From Entomortierella parvispora E1425 (lineage: Eukaryota; Fungi; Mortierellomycota), in contig BQFW01000007.1 of assembly GCA_020891255.1 (NCBI GenBank), positions 620,001 to 684,000 of the forward strand: 64,000 nt of DNA. The letters run 5' to 3'. Both the position numbers and the translations under genes were made by a program. The notes beneath the pieces were generated by a model. The model did not search any database. It was not told the origin of the DNA and worked only from the letters and a program-made list of their open reading frames with translations. Within the stretch, counting starts at the first letter, position 1. Each line of letters starts with the position of its first letter. Of the stretch, positions 63,711 through 64,000 are shown in pieces.

Positions 63711-64000
63711 GTCAATGTCCATATTTCCATGATGTAGGCGCGTTTGAAGAAACAAAAAAAAATAGAAATCACCCTATCTAAATAATACTATGTCCTTGAC
63801 AGAATAAGGTCCAAGTGTGAAAGTTATCCAAGAGATCACAGATTGTCTTTCTCCCACCCCTTGCTCTTTTTTAAATATCCCTACTCTTAACAAAGCATGC
63901 CCGATCCCCTCGCAGCCTCGATCAGACTATCAACGACCAAGGCAGCCCTAGAAGCCTCCGAGTTTGGAAACATGCCCGAAAAAGACGAAAAAGAGCTCGA

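Overview
Intron-rich fungal genomic DNA. Gene content and intron style suggest an early-diverging fungus, probably Mortierellaceae (inference). Positions ~1-15 kb are a transposon pile-up: a minus-strand Ty3/gypsy chromovirus whose gag-pol ORF runs off the left edge (so the ORF track omits it); a complete 5,070-bp chromovirus (identical 111-bp LTRs, CACTC target-site duplication, tRNA-iMet-type PBS, PPT, -1 frameshift signal) inserted into the last codons of an internally deleted piggyBac transposase; and an intact DD86E IS630/Tc1/mariner (Sailor-like) transposase. From ~19.6 kb on there is a dense block of conserved spliced genes: C9orf85-like, RPL20, MEIOB, RRP46, APC11, TRAP-alpha, shugoshin, DPH5, pelota, RNPS1, a bHLH factor, a rhomboid protease, NSA1, EGD1, NMA111, C8orf76-like, CBR1, LIN1-like and ISN1. 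The standout is a six-exon gene at 47767-52714. Spliced by hand it gives a ~1,496-aa ORF that joins an N-terminal XPG/FEN1-like PIN nuclease (acidic catalytic motifs recognisable) to a C-terminal Fanzor/TnpB-type RuvC plus zinc finger (D, E, D intact). A 16-bp palindrome and a hairpin sit at its stop codon, where an omega-RNA would be expected. No database searches were run; all family assignments rest on motif recognition.
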